A stretch of DNA of 64,000 nt from an uncultured delta proteobacterium (GTDB lineage: Bacteria > Myxococcota_A > Polyangia > Fen-1088): positions 32,001 to 96,000 of the forward strand of contig CAVYGB010000013.1 of assembly GCA_963767925.1 (NCBI GenBank), in the 5' to 3' direction. Positions 50,819-59,622 of the stretch are shown in pieces. The first letter of the stretch is position 1, and each line of letters begins with the position of its first letter. The notes beneath the pieces are model-generated. The model saw only the letters and a program-made list of their open reading frames with translations. It had not been told where the DNA came from and did not search any database. The position numbers and the translations under genes were made by a program.

Positions 50819-52183
50819 ATGCACCGAGCAGGCTTGGGATACGCGACCTTGGCCCTCGGGCTCCTGGCCGCGGGCTGCGTGGCGCCGGGGGAGACCCTCC
50901 TCGAGGGGCGGCTGCAGCGCTCGGTCATCGACCGGCAGGACCGCCTCGAGAGCCGGGTCCTGTACCTGCTCGAGACGCCCTCCGGCGAGGAGGTCGAGCT
51001 GCTCGCCGCGCCCGGGGAGGGCCACCTGCTGGAGGCGCTGGCCAGCGGGACCCGCTTGCGGGTGGAGGGCCGGCCCCTGCCGCCGGGCGAGGGGAGCGAG
51101 CCGATCCACGACCGCGCCAGCCTGCAGGTGCGCGCGCTGCAGGTGCTGGCGCCGCCGCCCGAGGCCAGCCAGCAGGCGCTGATCGTCGATCCCGCGCGCG
51201 CCCCCCCGCCGCGCAAGCTCGGCGTGGTGCTGTTCAACTTCAAGAACGACGACCGCCGCCCGATGGCGCCGGCCGAGGTCCAGCGCCGGATCTTCCTCGA
51301 CACCTACTCCACCCGGGCCTTTTACCTGGAGCAGTCGTACGGCCTGGTCCAGCTCGCCGGCAAGACGGGCCCCCAGGGCGAGGTGTTCGGCTGGTACACC
51401 ATCCCCGCCATCAATCGCCCTTGCACCTACGCCGCCTGGGGGGAGATGGCCCTGGCCACCGCCCGCAGCGCCGGCGCCGATCTCGACGGGTACGACCACC
51501 TGGTGTTCTTCTTCCCCGCCACCGACGCTTGCCCTTTCCTCGGGGTGGGCCAGCAGCCCGGCAACAACACCTGGATGAACGGCATGTCCATCGCGACCTT
51601 CAACCACGAGCTGGGGCACAACGTCGGCACGCCCCACGCCGCGGCCCGCACCTGCACCGGGGCGGACGGCGCGCGGGTCACCCTCGGGACGACCTGCCGG
51701 GACGCCGAATACGGCAACCCCTTCGATGTGATGGGGGCCGGCTTCCGCCACACCCACGCCTACAACAAGGCCCAGGCCCGCTGGCTGTCGGGCAAGAACA
51801 TCCAGATCGTCAACGCCGACGGGGTCTACCCGCTGCTGGCCCAGGAGCGCCCGTCCGACGGCGTCCAGCTCCTGCGCATCGAGCGGGACCCGACGTCCTT
51901 CTATTACCTGGAGTACCGCCAGCCCTTCGGGTTCGACGACTTCGCCGCCGGCGCGCCGGCGGTCAGCGGCCTGATCGTCGTCATCGGCAGCGAGCTGCGG
52001 GGCCTGGGCCGGTCGTACCTGCTCGACATGACGCCTGCCACAACCACCCTGGCCGACGCCCCGCTGGCCCTCGGCAAGTCCTACGAGGACCCCCGGGCGG
52101 GCGTGAAGATCACCCTGGTCGGCGCCACCGCCGAGGCAGCGCAGGTCGAGGTGAAGCTGACCACCCCGGTGGAGGCACCGTGA
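50819..52183 (+). CDS. Lipoprotein zinc metallopeptidase (M11 gametolysin / M6-like)
   Basis: Lipobox LAAG-C; EQSYG, HELGHNVGTPH, EYGNPFDVMG, YYLEYR. Confidence 0.82.
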   Translation: MHRAGLGYATLALGLLAAGCVAPGETLLEGRLQRSVIDRQDRLESRVLYLLETPSGEEVELLAAPGEGHLLEALASGTRLRVEGRPLPPGEGSEPIHDRASLQVRALQVLAPPPEASQQALIVDPARAPPPRKLGVVLFNFKNDDRRPMAPAEVQRRIFLDTYSTRAFYLEQSYGLVQLAGKTGPQGEVFGWYTIPAINRPCTYAAWGEMALATARSAGADLDGYDHLVFFFPATDACPFLGVGQQPGNNTWMNGMSIATFNHELGHNVGTPHAAARTCTGADGARVTLGTTCRDAEYGNPFDVMGAGFRHTHAYNKAQARWLSGKNIQIVNADGVYPLLAQERPSDGVQLLRIERDPTSFYYLEYRQPFGFDDFAAGAPAVSGLIVVIGSELRGLGRSYLLDMTPATTTLADAPLALGKSYEDPRAGVKITLVGATAEAAQVEVKLTTPVEAP

Positions 52184-53394
52184 GGACCCGCCGAGCCGCA
52201 GGTCGAGGGGAAGCCGGGTCCGGTGGAGGCTCGGTCGGCAGGACCCGCCCGCCGGGCTGGGCGCTGGCCCTCGCCCTGGGCGGGCTGCTGCTGGCCGCAT
52301 GCGAGGACGATCCGGCGCCGCCCCCCGCCGACGGCGCGGGCGGCAGCAGCCCGTCCGCGACGCCCGACGCCGCGGTCGACGCCCCCGCCCCCGAAGCCGG
52401 CGCAGGCGACGCGCCGACCAGCGACGGCCCCGCCAGCGGCGACGCGCTCGCCTCCGACGGCGCCCCGCCCACCTCGACCATCACGCTCTACGAGGTGGCG
52501 GCTCCCATCGCGGACGCCTGCCGGCGCTACGCCGAGGTGCAGTGCGCCCGCTGGAAGGCTTGCACGCCCGACCGCTTCACGCTCGACTACAACAGCGACG
52601 AGACCTGCCAGGCCCGGCGCGAGGCCGCCTGCCGGACCGACTTCCTGGTCGTCGGCCGGGGCGAGGCCGCCGCCAATCGGATGGCCTGCGCCGCGGCGAT
52701 GATGGCCCAGAGCTGCCGGGACCTGCTCTTCGCCCGCCCCCTGCCGGCCTGCGCCTCCCCACCCGGCACGTTGACGGCAGGTCAGCCCTGCCAGCGCACC
52801 AGCCAGTGCGCCCGCGGGCTCAACTGCCAGGTCGAGGTCGATTCCTGCGGCACCTGCCAGCCGTCCATCCCGGCCGGCGGCGACTGCGGCTGGTGGGCGG
52901 GCGGCTGCGCCCCCGGCACCACCTGCTACGACGACCGCTGCCTGACGACTCTCCCCGCGGGTGCGAGCTGCAAGGAGAGCTCGGCCCCCTGCGAAGCCGG
53001 CCTCGAGTGCCTGCCCCAGGGCTGCGCCGAGAAGACCGCCGCCGCCGGCGCGAGCTGCGCCGCCGGCGACACCTGCGACCCCGCGCAGGGCCTCTACTGC
53101 AACTTCGCCACCGAGCTTTGCGAGCCATCTCCGCCCGCCGCCGCCGTCGGCGAAGTCTGCGGCACCTTCACCCCCCAGGGCGGCCTCCTCGCCTGCGGCC
53201 CCGACGGCAACTGCTACACCGCCTCCGGGGCCATCGGCGCCGTCCAGCGCTGCGTGGCCCGCGCCGACCTCGGCCAACCCTGCGATCCCGCCACCGGCAA
53301 GCTCTGCAAACTCCCCTCCGCCTGCGCCCGCGGCACCTGCGTGACGCCAATCATCACCCAATCCCCCACGTACCCGTCTCCCCCCTGCCGCTAG
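52180..53394 (+). CDS. Cys-rich repeat lipoprotein
   Basis: GTGA overlap with the peptidase stop; lipobox LAA-C; linker; GxxC...C..GLxC repeats. Confidence 0.8.
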   Translation: MRTRRAAGRGEAGSGGGSVGRTRPPGWALALALGGLLLAACEDDPAPPPADGAGGSSPSATPDAAVDAPAPEAGAGDAPTSDGPASGDALASDGAPPTSTITLYEVAAPIADACRRYAEVQCARWKACTPDRFTLDYNSDETCQARREAACRTDFLVVGRGEAAANRMACAAAMMAQSCRDLLFARPLPACASPPGTLTAGQPCQRTSQCARGLNCQVEVDSCGTCQPSIPAGGDCGWWAGGCAPGTTCYDDRCLTTLPAGASCKESSAPCEAGLECLPQGCAEKTAAAGASCAAGDTCDPAQGLYCNFATELCEPSPPAAAVGEVCGTFTPQGGLLACGPDGNCYTASGAIGAVQRCVARADLGQPCDPATGKLCKLPSACARGTCVTPIITQSPTYPSPPCR

Positions 53395-53418
53395 TCGCGG
53401 AAGGGTTTGACTCGCGAA

Positions 53419-53795
53419 ACGCCGGAGGGCCCCTCACCCCTCCCTGCTATGGAAATGGGGCCGTAATCGCTCGAGATCACGATCTCACCATTTCCGTCAG
53501 TGGGGATGAGGCCGTCTCCGGCGTCACGAAGACTCTCCCCGCTGCCGCGGCGAGGGCGAACGATCAGCGAGGTCCCCGACATCATCCCTCGCGCGTGATC
53601 TCCGGCAGATTCACCCGTGGGTGGGGAGGGCAACACAGCCGGCGGTTGATTTTCGCGCCCGTTGTCCGGGGTGAGGTGTCTTTCGGCCAACCGCTCGATG
53701 TTCCAGGCGCAGTCGCCGCGGCCATCACCTCTCCCCGCGGTCTGCCGTGGGGAGAGGTCGGCGCGTCTGCGCGCCGGGTGAGGGGCCTCCGGCGT
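53419..53795. repeat. Composite REP-like element with ~20-bp terminal inverted repeats
   Basis: ACGCCGGAGGGCCCCTCACCC ... GGGTGAGGGGCCTCCGGCGT enclosing 5-6 degenerate CTC(A/T)CCCC...GGGG(N)GAGG hairpins. Confidence 0.7.
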
Positions 53796-53837
53796 GGCAA
53801 CCGCCCCTGACGGGCAGCGGCTTTGTCCGCGCGCTCG

Positions 53838-55114
53838 TCAGGGCGCGAACACTTCCAGCTCGCCGAAGCCCGGATCCTCGCTCTCATCCCGCTCGCTGAC
53901 GAACCGCACCCCCGTGGCCTCTGCCACCGCCGCCGGCAACGTCACATCGATATCCCGATCCGGCTCCGGCAGCTCGTAAGCCCCCGACCACAGCACCACC
54001 CCCTCCGCCCCCAGCACCTCGAAGCGCGCCCGCAAGAAGTCGTACCCCGCCGTGTACTCTCGATTCCCCCGCAGGGCGATCCGCCCCACCGTCTGCGGGC
54101 TCGGGAACGTGATCTGATAAAACGGCACCCGCGAGCAGGTGGCCGGCCCCGCCGAGATGCAGTCCCCCGCGGCAGGAAACCAGCTCGTGTAGAGGTCGTT
54201 GTCCGCGCCCCGCGCGATGGTCCAGCCCTCGCCATATTCGGAGCTCGCGCTGGTCACCACCCCCGGCAACGTCGCCAGGTTGCGCCCCAGGTTGAACACC
54301 CGCCCCCGGAAGCCGCCCAGCGCGTTGGTCACCGTGATGGGCCCGCTCTGCCAGACCGCGGGCAAGCTGAACTCCACCGTCTCCAGCACGACGTTGCTTC
54401 CGTTGACCATGCCGATGCGGCCCGCCGGCGCCACCTGGCCCGCCCGGTCGGCGATGCGCACCGACTGGTCGCTGAGGTTGAAGCCCACGACGCGGATGGT
54501 GTCGCCCGCCACCCCGTGGTCGGGCTGGTACTCCAGCACCTCGGGCCAGCCAGCCGGCGGCACGACCAGGAAGTAGCTGGCGTTGCTGCGGGCCGCGGCG
54601 GTCGCCGCCCCGTTCTGCACCACAACCGGCGAGAACCCCGGCTGCGACGCCCGATCCGCCGGCAGCTCCGCCGTCAGGCTCATCGCCGACACGAAGGTGG
54701 TGGCCAGCGGCTGGCCGTCGAACACCACCACCGCGTCCGGCGCGAAGGCCGATCCCCCGATCTCGATCCGCACCGCCGTCCCCCGCGCGGTCGACAGCGG
54801 AGTCATCTTCGTGAGGGCCAGCTCGGCCGGTCCGGCCGCGGCGTCGCCGCCCCCGCCCGCCCGCCGTCGCCCGGACCAGCATCCCCGTCGCCCCCACCCC
54901 CGGCCTCGGGCTCCGCCGCCGCATCGGCGCGCGTGGCAGGCGCCGCCTCGGCCCCCCGCCCCCCGCCGTCGGGGACCGCAGCGTCGGCGGGCGCCCCCAC
55001 CTCCCCGTCGTCGCCGCACCCGGCGAGCAGCCCCAGGGCCAGCGCCCCGAGCCACGCCGCCCGGCGCCCGATCGAGGGGGCGCCACCTGCCCGGAGGTCT
55101 GCTCTGCCGTCCAT
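53838..55114 (-). CDS. Lipoprotein with IPT/TIG and discoidin (F5/8-type) domains (frameshift at ~54855)
   Basis: Lipobox LAG-C in ORF 54803-55114; IPT (GSAFAPDAVVVFDG..LATTFVS) and ASSEY...GADNDLYTSW in ORF 53838-55190. The frames join in a G-rich tract. Confidence 0.78.
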
Positions 55115-55131
55115 CGCCGCCCCTCCTCGCT

Positions 55132-57174
55132 TCAGCGGGCCAGCCCGGCCGCCGCCTGGCGCAGCAGCGCCAGCGCCCGGGGCGCGTCACCGTAGAAGTT
55201 GTCGGTCCGCGCGTGCACGCTGATGCCGCCGCGGTAGTTGATCCGCTCGAGCTCCCGGAAGAACGTGGCGTAGTCGGCCTCGCCGGCGTTCATCGGGTAG
55301 CCCCGCCCGTTGGGGTTGGCGATCTGGACGTGTTTGAGGTGGCGCCCGGCCTTGCGCAGGACCATCGGGTGCTCCTTCTCGATGGTCATGAACGAGTAGT
55401 CGACCATCATCTGGAAGTTCGGCTGGCGCACCGCCTTGACCAGGTCGACCGCCTCCCCGACCGTGGTGACGAGGTTGGTGTCGGTGCTGCGCAGGGGCTG
55501 CACCAGCACGGTGAGGCCATGCGACTTGGCCGCCAGGGCCAGCCGCTTGCCGAACCCGACCAGGTCTTTCCAGGCGGCCTCCCGGGCCATCCCCTCGGGG
55601 ATGCGGCGAGACGGGCCGCTGCCTAGGAGCACGTATTTGACGCCCAGCCGGGCCACCCGGGGCAGCGCCCGCTGCAGGTGCGCGTCCTGCTTGGCGACGT
55701 CGGCCTCCGGGCCCACCAGCTTGAGCTCGGCGGGGATGAGGTTGTAGCCGGTCAGCGCCGGCACCCCGAGCGCGCGGAAGCGCTCGACCGCCTTGCCGAA
55801 CTCGTCCTCCGGCAGATCGAGCACGTCTTGCAGCGCCAGCTCGACGTATTCGAAGCCGGCCGCCTTGGCCTCGTCGGGGGCCGAGCCCTTGGCCCGGATG
55901 CACCAGCCGATGGGGTATCCCGCCACCGCCGGCGGGATCGAATCGGAGACCACCTCCAGCTTGCGCACCTCGAGCCGCACGTCCTGCCCGGCGCCCAGCT
56001 CGAGCGCCAGCGCGCCCTTGCTCTCGGCCCCGGTCAGCTCGTGAAACACCGCCGGCAGATCGTTGACGTGGACCGCGACCCGCTGGTCGCGGACCGAGAC
56101 GGTCACCGAGTTCCAGTCCCCCTTCTTCCAGCTCTTGGCCAGCTTGTCCCGGGCCTTCTCGTCGGCCTGGGCCCCCGGGCGCGCGAGGAAGCCGCCGCCC
56201 CCGGTCTCGTACAGCGCGCCCGCGCCCTCGCTGTCGACGTCGACCTGCAGGCCGGTGGCCCCCGCCGGGGTCGTCGCCGGCTGGGCCCGCAGGTACAGCC
56301 CGGCGTTGCCCCCGGTCAGCTTGACCTCGGCCCGGGCGACGTAGTCCTCGAGCGGCTCCCCGACGAACAGCAGCCCGTGCCGCCCCTCGCCCTTGCTGTT
56401 CTTGCCCACCAGGACGTCGCCCTCGACCGCCCAGGTCCCGCCCCCGGCCGCCCGCAGGCCGCGCAGGGTCTTGCCGTCCCACAGGGGTCGCCAGGCCCGC
56501 CGCCCCAGCTCCTGGATGCGGATCTTCCGCCAGGACACGGTGAGGGGATCCTCGCGCTTGCCCACCTGGTGGACCTGCAGGGCGATGAACCCCTCGAGGT
56601 CCTTGGCGTCGACCAGGTCGGCCGCCGGCACGTCGTTGATCCAGGTCTTGATCGTGTCGCCGATGGCCTGCACCCGCATCTTGTTCCAGGCCCCCGGCTT
56701 GAATGCCTTGCGGGCCGGCTCGTTGCCGCCGAGGTCGGCCAGCCAGCCCCGGCGGCCCTCGTCGTACAGGCCGCCGGTCCACAGCCGGGCCCGCTTCATG
56801 TCGGGATCGATCTCCACCTGGTAGCCGTGCACCCGACCGTCCTGGTAGTCGGGACGGCTCTGCCCGCGGATCTGCACGCCCGAGTTCAGCTCGGGGTGGA
56901 CCTTGAACTCCAGCTCGAGCAGGAAGTCGCCGTAGCTCCGGTCGGTGCAGAGGAAGGTGTTGCGCGTGTTGGGCACCGTCGTGCCCACGATGGCCCCGTC
57001 CTTGACCTCGTATTTCGCCGTCCCGCCCCGCTGCACCCAGCCGGTCAGGGTCTTGCCGTCGAAGAGGTTGGTCCACTTGCCTCCAGCGGCCAGGGCCAGG
57101 CGGCCCGGCAAGAGGGCCGCGGCGGCCAGGGCAACGAAGACGCAACGGAGGAGAGCCCGGCTTGTCGGGTACAT
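55132..57174 (-). CDS. Exported fusion: DUF1080 (3-keto-disaccharide hydrolase) x2 + xylose-isomerase-like TIM barrel
   Basis: Signal peptide; LFDGKTLTGW...NSGVQIR...GYQVEID...GFIALQVH; second LWDGKTL repeat; C-terminal AGFEYVEL...YRGGISV. Confidence 0.85.
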   Translation of the reverse strand: MYPTSRALLRCVFVALAAAALLPGRLALAAGGKWTNLFDGKTLTGWVQRGGTAKYEVKDGAIVGTTVPNTRNTFLCTDRSYGDFLLELEFKVHPELNSGVQIRGQSRPDYQDGRVHGYQVEIDPDMKRARLWTGGLYDEGRRGWLADLGGNEPARKAFKPGAWNKMRVQAIGDTIKTWINDVPAADLVDAKDLEGFIALQVHQVGKREDPLTVSWRKIRIQELGRRAWRPLWDGKTLRGLRAAGGGTWAVEGDVLVGKNSKGEGRHGLLFVGEPLEDYVARAEVKLTGGNAGLYLRAQPATTPAGATGLQVDVDSEGAGALYETGGGGFLARPGAQADEKARDKLAKSWKKGDWNSVTVSVRDQRVAVHVNDLPAVFHELTGAESKGALALELGAGQDVRLEVRKLEVVSDSIPPAVAGYPIGWCIRAKGSAPDEAKAAGFEYVELALQDVLDLPEDEFGKAVERFRALGVPALTGYNLIPAELKLVGPEADVAKQDAHLQRALPRVARLGVKYVLLGSGPSRRIPEGMAREAAWKDLVGFGKRLALAAKSHGLTVLVQPLRSTDTNLVTTVGEAVDLVKAVRQPNFQMMVDYSFMTIEKEHPMVLRKAGRHLKHVQIANPNGRGYPMNAGEADYATFFRELERINYRGGISVHARTDNFYGDAPRALALLRQAAAGLAR

Positions 57175-57329
57175 GTAGGGCGGCAGCCTAACAGAATCGG
57201 CCGGGCCTCCAACCGATCCGGCGGCGTCCCGGGGGAGGGCGTCGCGATTCGCTGGTGCGGCCGCGCAAGTGCGGCGCGTCTCGAGGATCGGCGCCCCGAA
57301 CGTGCCATCCTCCCAGGATAGGTGCTGCC

Positions 57330-57938
57330 ATGAACTTCGACCCGAACAGCTTGCCTCCCGGCGACGTGTACCGCCTGATGGTCGACCTCATCACCCCCCG
57401 CCCCATCGCCTGGGTCAGCACCGTCTCGCCCGCCGGGGTGGTGAACCTGGCACCGTTTTCGTTCTTCGCCGGCGTGGCGGCCAGCCCACCGACGGTGGTC
57501 TTCTCCGCGGTCAACCACCGCGACGGCCGCAAGAAGGACACGCTGGTCAACGCCGAGGCCACCGGCGAGTTCGTGGTCAACGTGGCCAGCTACGCCCTCG
57601 GCGACGCGGTCAACGCCACCGCCGCCAGTCTCCCCTACGACGAGAGCGAGCTCGATCGGGCCGGCCTGACGCCTTGCCCCAGCGAGCGGGTGCGGCCGCC
57701 CCGGGTGGCCGAGGCCCGGGCCCACCTCGAATGTGTGGTGCACGAGATCGTGCGGGTAGGGGAGGGGCCCCTGGCCGCCAACCTCGTCATCGGCCGGATC
57801 GTGCTGGTCCACGTCGCCGACACCGCCCTCGACGAGCAGGGCCGGGTCGACCCGCGCCAGCTCGACACAATCGGCCGCATGGGCGGCGACGCCTACGCCC
57901 GCACCACCGAGACCTTCTCTTTGCGCCGCCCGCGCTGA
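57330..57938 (+). CDS. Flavin reductase family protein
   Basis: PRPIAWVST, NLAPFSFF, KDTLVN..ATGEFVVN, LEC, IGRMGG..Y. Confidence 0.9.
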   Translation: MNFDPNSLPPGDVYRLMVDLITPRPIAWVSTVSPAGVVNLAPFSFFAGVAASPPTVVFSAVNHRDGRKKDTLVNAEATGEFVVNVASYALGDAVNATAASLPYDESELDRAGLTPCPSERVRPPRVAEARAHLECVVHEIVRVGEGPLAANLVIGRIVLVHVADTALDEQGRVDPRQLDTIGRMGGDAYARTTETFSLRRPR

Positions 57939-57970
57939 GCGCACCACCCCTGGCGTCAGGGCGGCGCGGG

Positions 57971-58408
57971 CTAGATCTTGCCGAGCAGGTTCGGGCGGCG
58001 GGCGCCGAGGGGGCGGGGGCGGGTCGGCTCTTCGGCGGGGATGGCGGTCAACACGCTGGGAGCCAGCGAGCAGAGCACGTAGATGGTCCGCTTCTGCCAG
58101 TTCATGCCCGGGTTCCAGATGAGCGAGATCTTGTAGATGTCGTGGGCCTGGTTCTGCAGGGGGGTGATCCAGTTGACCAGGTACTTTAGGCAGCCCGAGT
58201 GCAGGAACTCGATGGCCCGGATGTCGATGCGGATCTCGCGGGTGAGCTGCTCGCCGGCCGCCGCCCGCACCTCGTTGAGGGCGGTGATGAGGGCCTGCTC
58301 GCTGAGGGCCTCGGCCGTCCCCCACATGCACACCTCGATGGCGTCATCCACGCGCATCCACTCGGCGCAGAAGTCCTCGGCGTGGACGATCCGGGGGGCC
58401 GTGTTCAC
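57971..58408 (-). CDS. STAS/SiaC-like small protein
   Basis: IDIRAIEFLHSGCLK resembles the STAS D(L)xx(L)xFMDSSG loop; GTGA overlap with the upstream kinase-like gene. Confidence 0.6.
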   Translation of the reverse strand: MNTAPRIVHAEDFCAEWMRVDDAIEVCMWGTAEALSEQALITALNEVRAAAGEQLTREIRIDIRAIEFLHSGCLKYLVNWITPLQNQAHDIYKISLIWNPGMNWQKRTIYVLCSLAPSVLTAIPAEEPTRPRPLGARRPNLLGKI

Positions 58409-58932
58409 GACTTCACCCCCAGCGCCGCCCGGACCGTGATGGCCACCCGGCCCCCCTCGACGCAGAGATCGACGTCGAGCTCACCCTCCGCCCGGACCCG
58501 CGCCAGGCCCAGGGCCAGCGAGTCGAGCTTCGGCTCGCACTTCATCAGAGCGAGGTAGTGCCCCATGGGATCGGTCGCCTCGATGATCGCCGTGACGAGC
58601 CGCTCGAGGCGCCCGATGTTGGACGGGTCGCTCTCGTTGTCGAGGGTCAGCTTGAGGGCGGTGCCCCCCTGCCAGGCCTCCCGGGTGATGCGCAGGTTGA
58701 CCTGCCGCTGCAGGCCATATTTGGTGGCGTTATCGAGCAGCTCGTGGCTCGCCAGCTCCATGCGGTAGGCCAGGTCGTCGTCGCGCAGGACGCTGCGCAG
58801 GGCCGAGGCGACGAAGCGCCGGACCGGGCTGATCAGCTCGGGCGCGGGCAGGACCGACAGGCCGAGGACAAGCTGTGCGTCATCGGCGTCTTTCATCCCG
58901 GCGTCGGCCTGGTTGCCCACCAGGCGATGCAT
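58405..58932 (-). CDS. GHKL/HATPase-like (RsbW/SiaB-type) Ser/Thr kinase-like protein
   Basis: VRRFV...ELASHELLDNATKYG N-box; LALGLARVR G2-like box. Start is 58932 or 58896. Confidence 0.65.
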   Translation of the reverse strand: MHRLVGNQADAGMKDADDAQLVLGLSVLPAPELISPVRRFVASALRSVLRDDDLAYRMELASHELLDNATKYGLQRQVNLRITREAWQGGTALKLTLDNESDPSNIGRLERLVTAIIEATDPMGHYLALMKCEPKLDSLALGLARVRAEGELDVDLCVEGGRVAITVRAALGVKS

Positions 58933-58994
58933 CGAGCGATTCCTGGCTTTACTTGAGGGTGCGGCGGTGTGCCGGATCGGCGCCGACCCGCCTC

Positions 58995-59573
58995 CTACAA
59001 CGCCCTCACATCCACCCAGCGCATCCCCGCGCGCCGCGCGGCCTCGATGCCCAGATCGGCGTCTTCGTAGACGGTGCAGAGGTGGGGTGGCACGCCCAGC
59101 CGGCGGGCGGCCTCCAGGAAGACGTCGGGCTCGGGCTTGTGGCGGGTCGTGTCCTCGGCGGCGACGATGGCGTCCCACCAGCCCCAGGTGCCGATCTGTC
59201 GCAGCGTGGTCTCGACCAGGCTGCGGTGGCTGCCCGAGGCCACCGCCAGCGGGAGCTGCCCCCGGTGACGCCGGGCGATGGCCACCACCTTTTCGACCGG
59301 CTGCACCACCGGCAAGCTGTCGAGGTAGGCCTGCTCCTTGCGCCGCGCGAGCTCGACCCCGTCGAGGGCCAGCCCGTGTTCGGCCACGAACCGGCGGGCG
59401 ATCTCGACGGTGGGGACGCCGGCCAGGCCGTAGAACCGCGCGCCGGGAAAGTCGAGCCCGAAGGGGGCCAGGGTCGCCAGCCAGGCCTGGTGGTGGGCCG
59501 GCATGGTGTCGGCCAGCGTCCCGTCACAATCGAAGATCAAGGCCCCTCCGGGCTCGCCCGCGGTCTCGTTCAC
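58995..59573 (-). CDS. HAD-family phosphatase (YqaB / beta-PGM-like)
   Basis: IFDCDGTLADTM, VASG, HKPEPD, YEDADLG. Confidence 0.9.
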   Translation of the reverse strand: MNETAGEPGGALIFDCDGTLADTMPAHHQAWLATLAPFGLDFPGARFYGLAGVPTVEIARRFVAEHGLALDGVELARRKEQAYLDSLPVVQPVEKVVAIARRHRGQLPLAVASGSHRSLVETTLRQIGTWGWWDAIVAAEDTTRHKPEPDVFLEAARRLGVPPHLCTVYEDADLGIEAARRAGMRWVDVRAL

Positions 59574-59622
59574 CCCTCGACGATAGCGCAGGACGCGGCG
59601 CCGGCGCGCCGGGTAGCTGCCC

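Noticed and set aside
53391..53690. 99-aa ORF
   Set aside because: Lies within the REP-like composite element, has atypical codon usage and no RBS.
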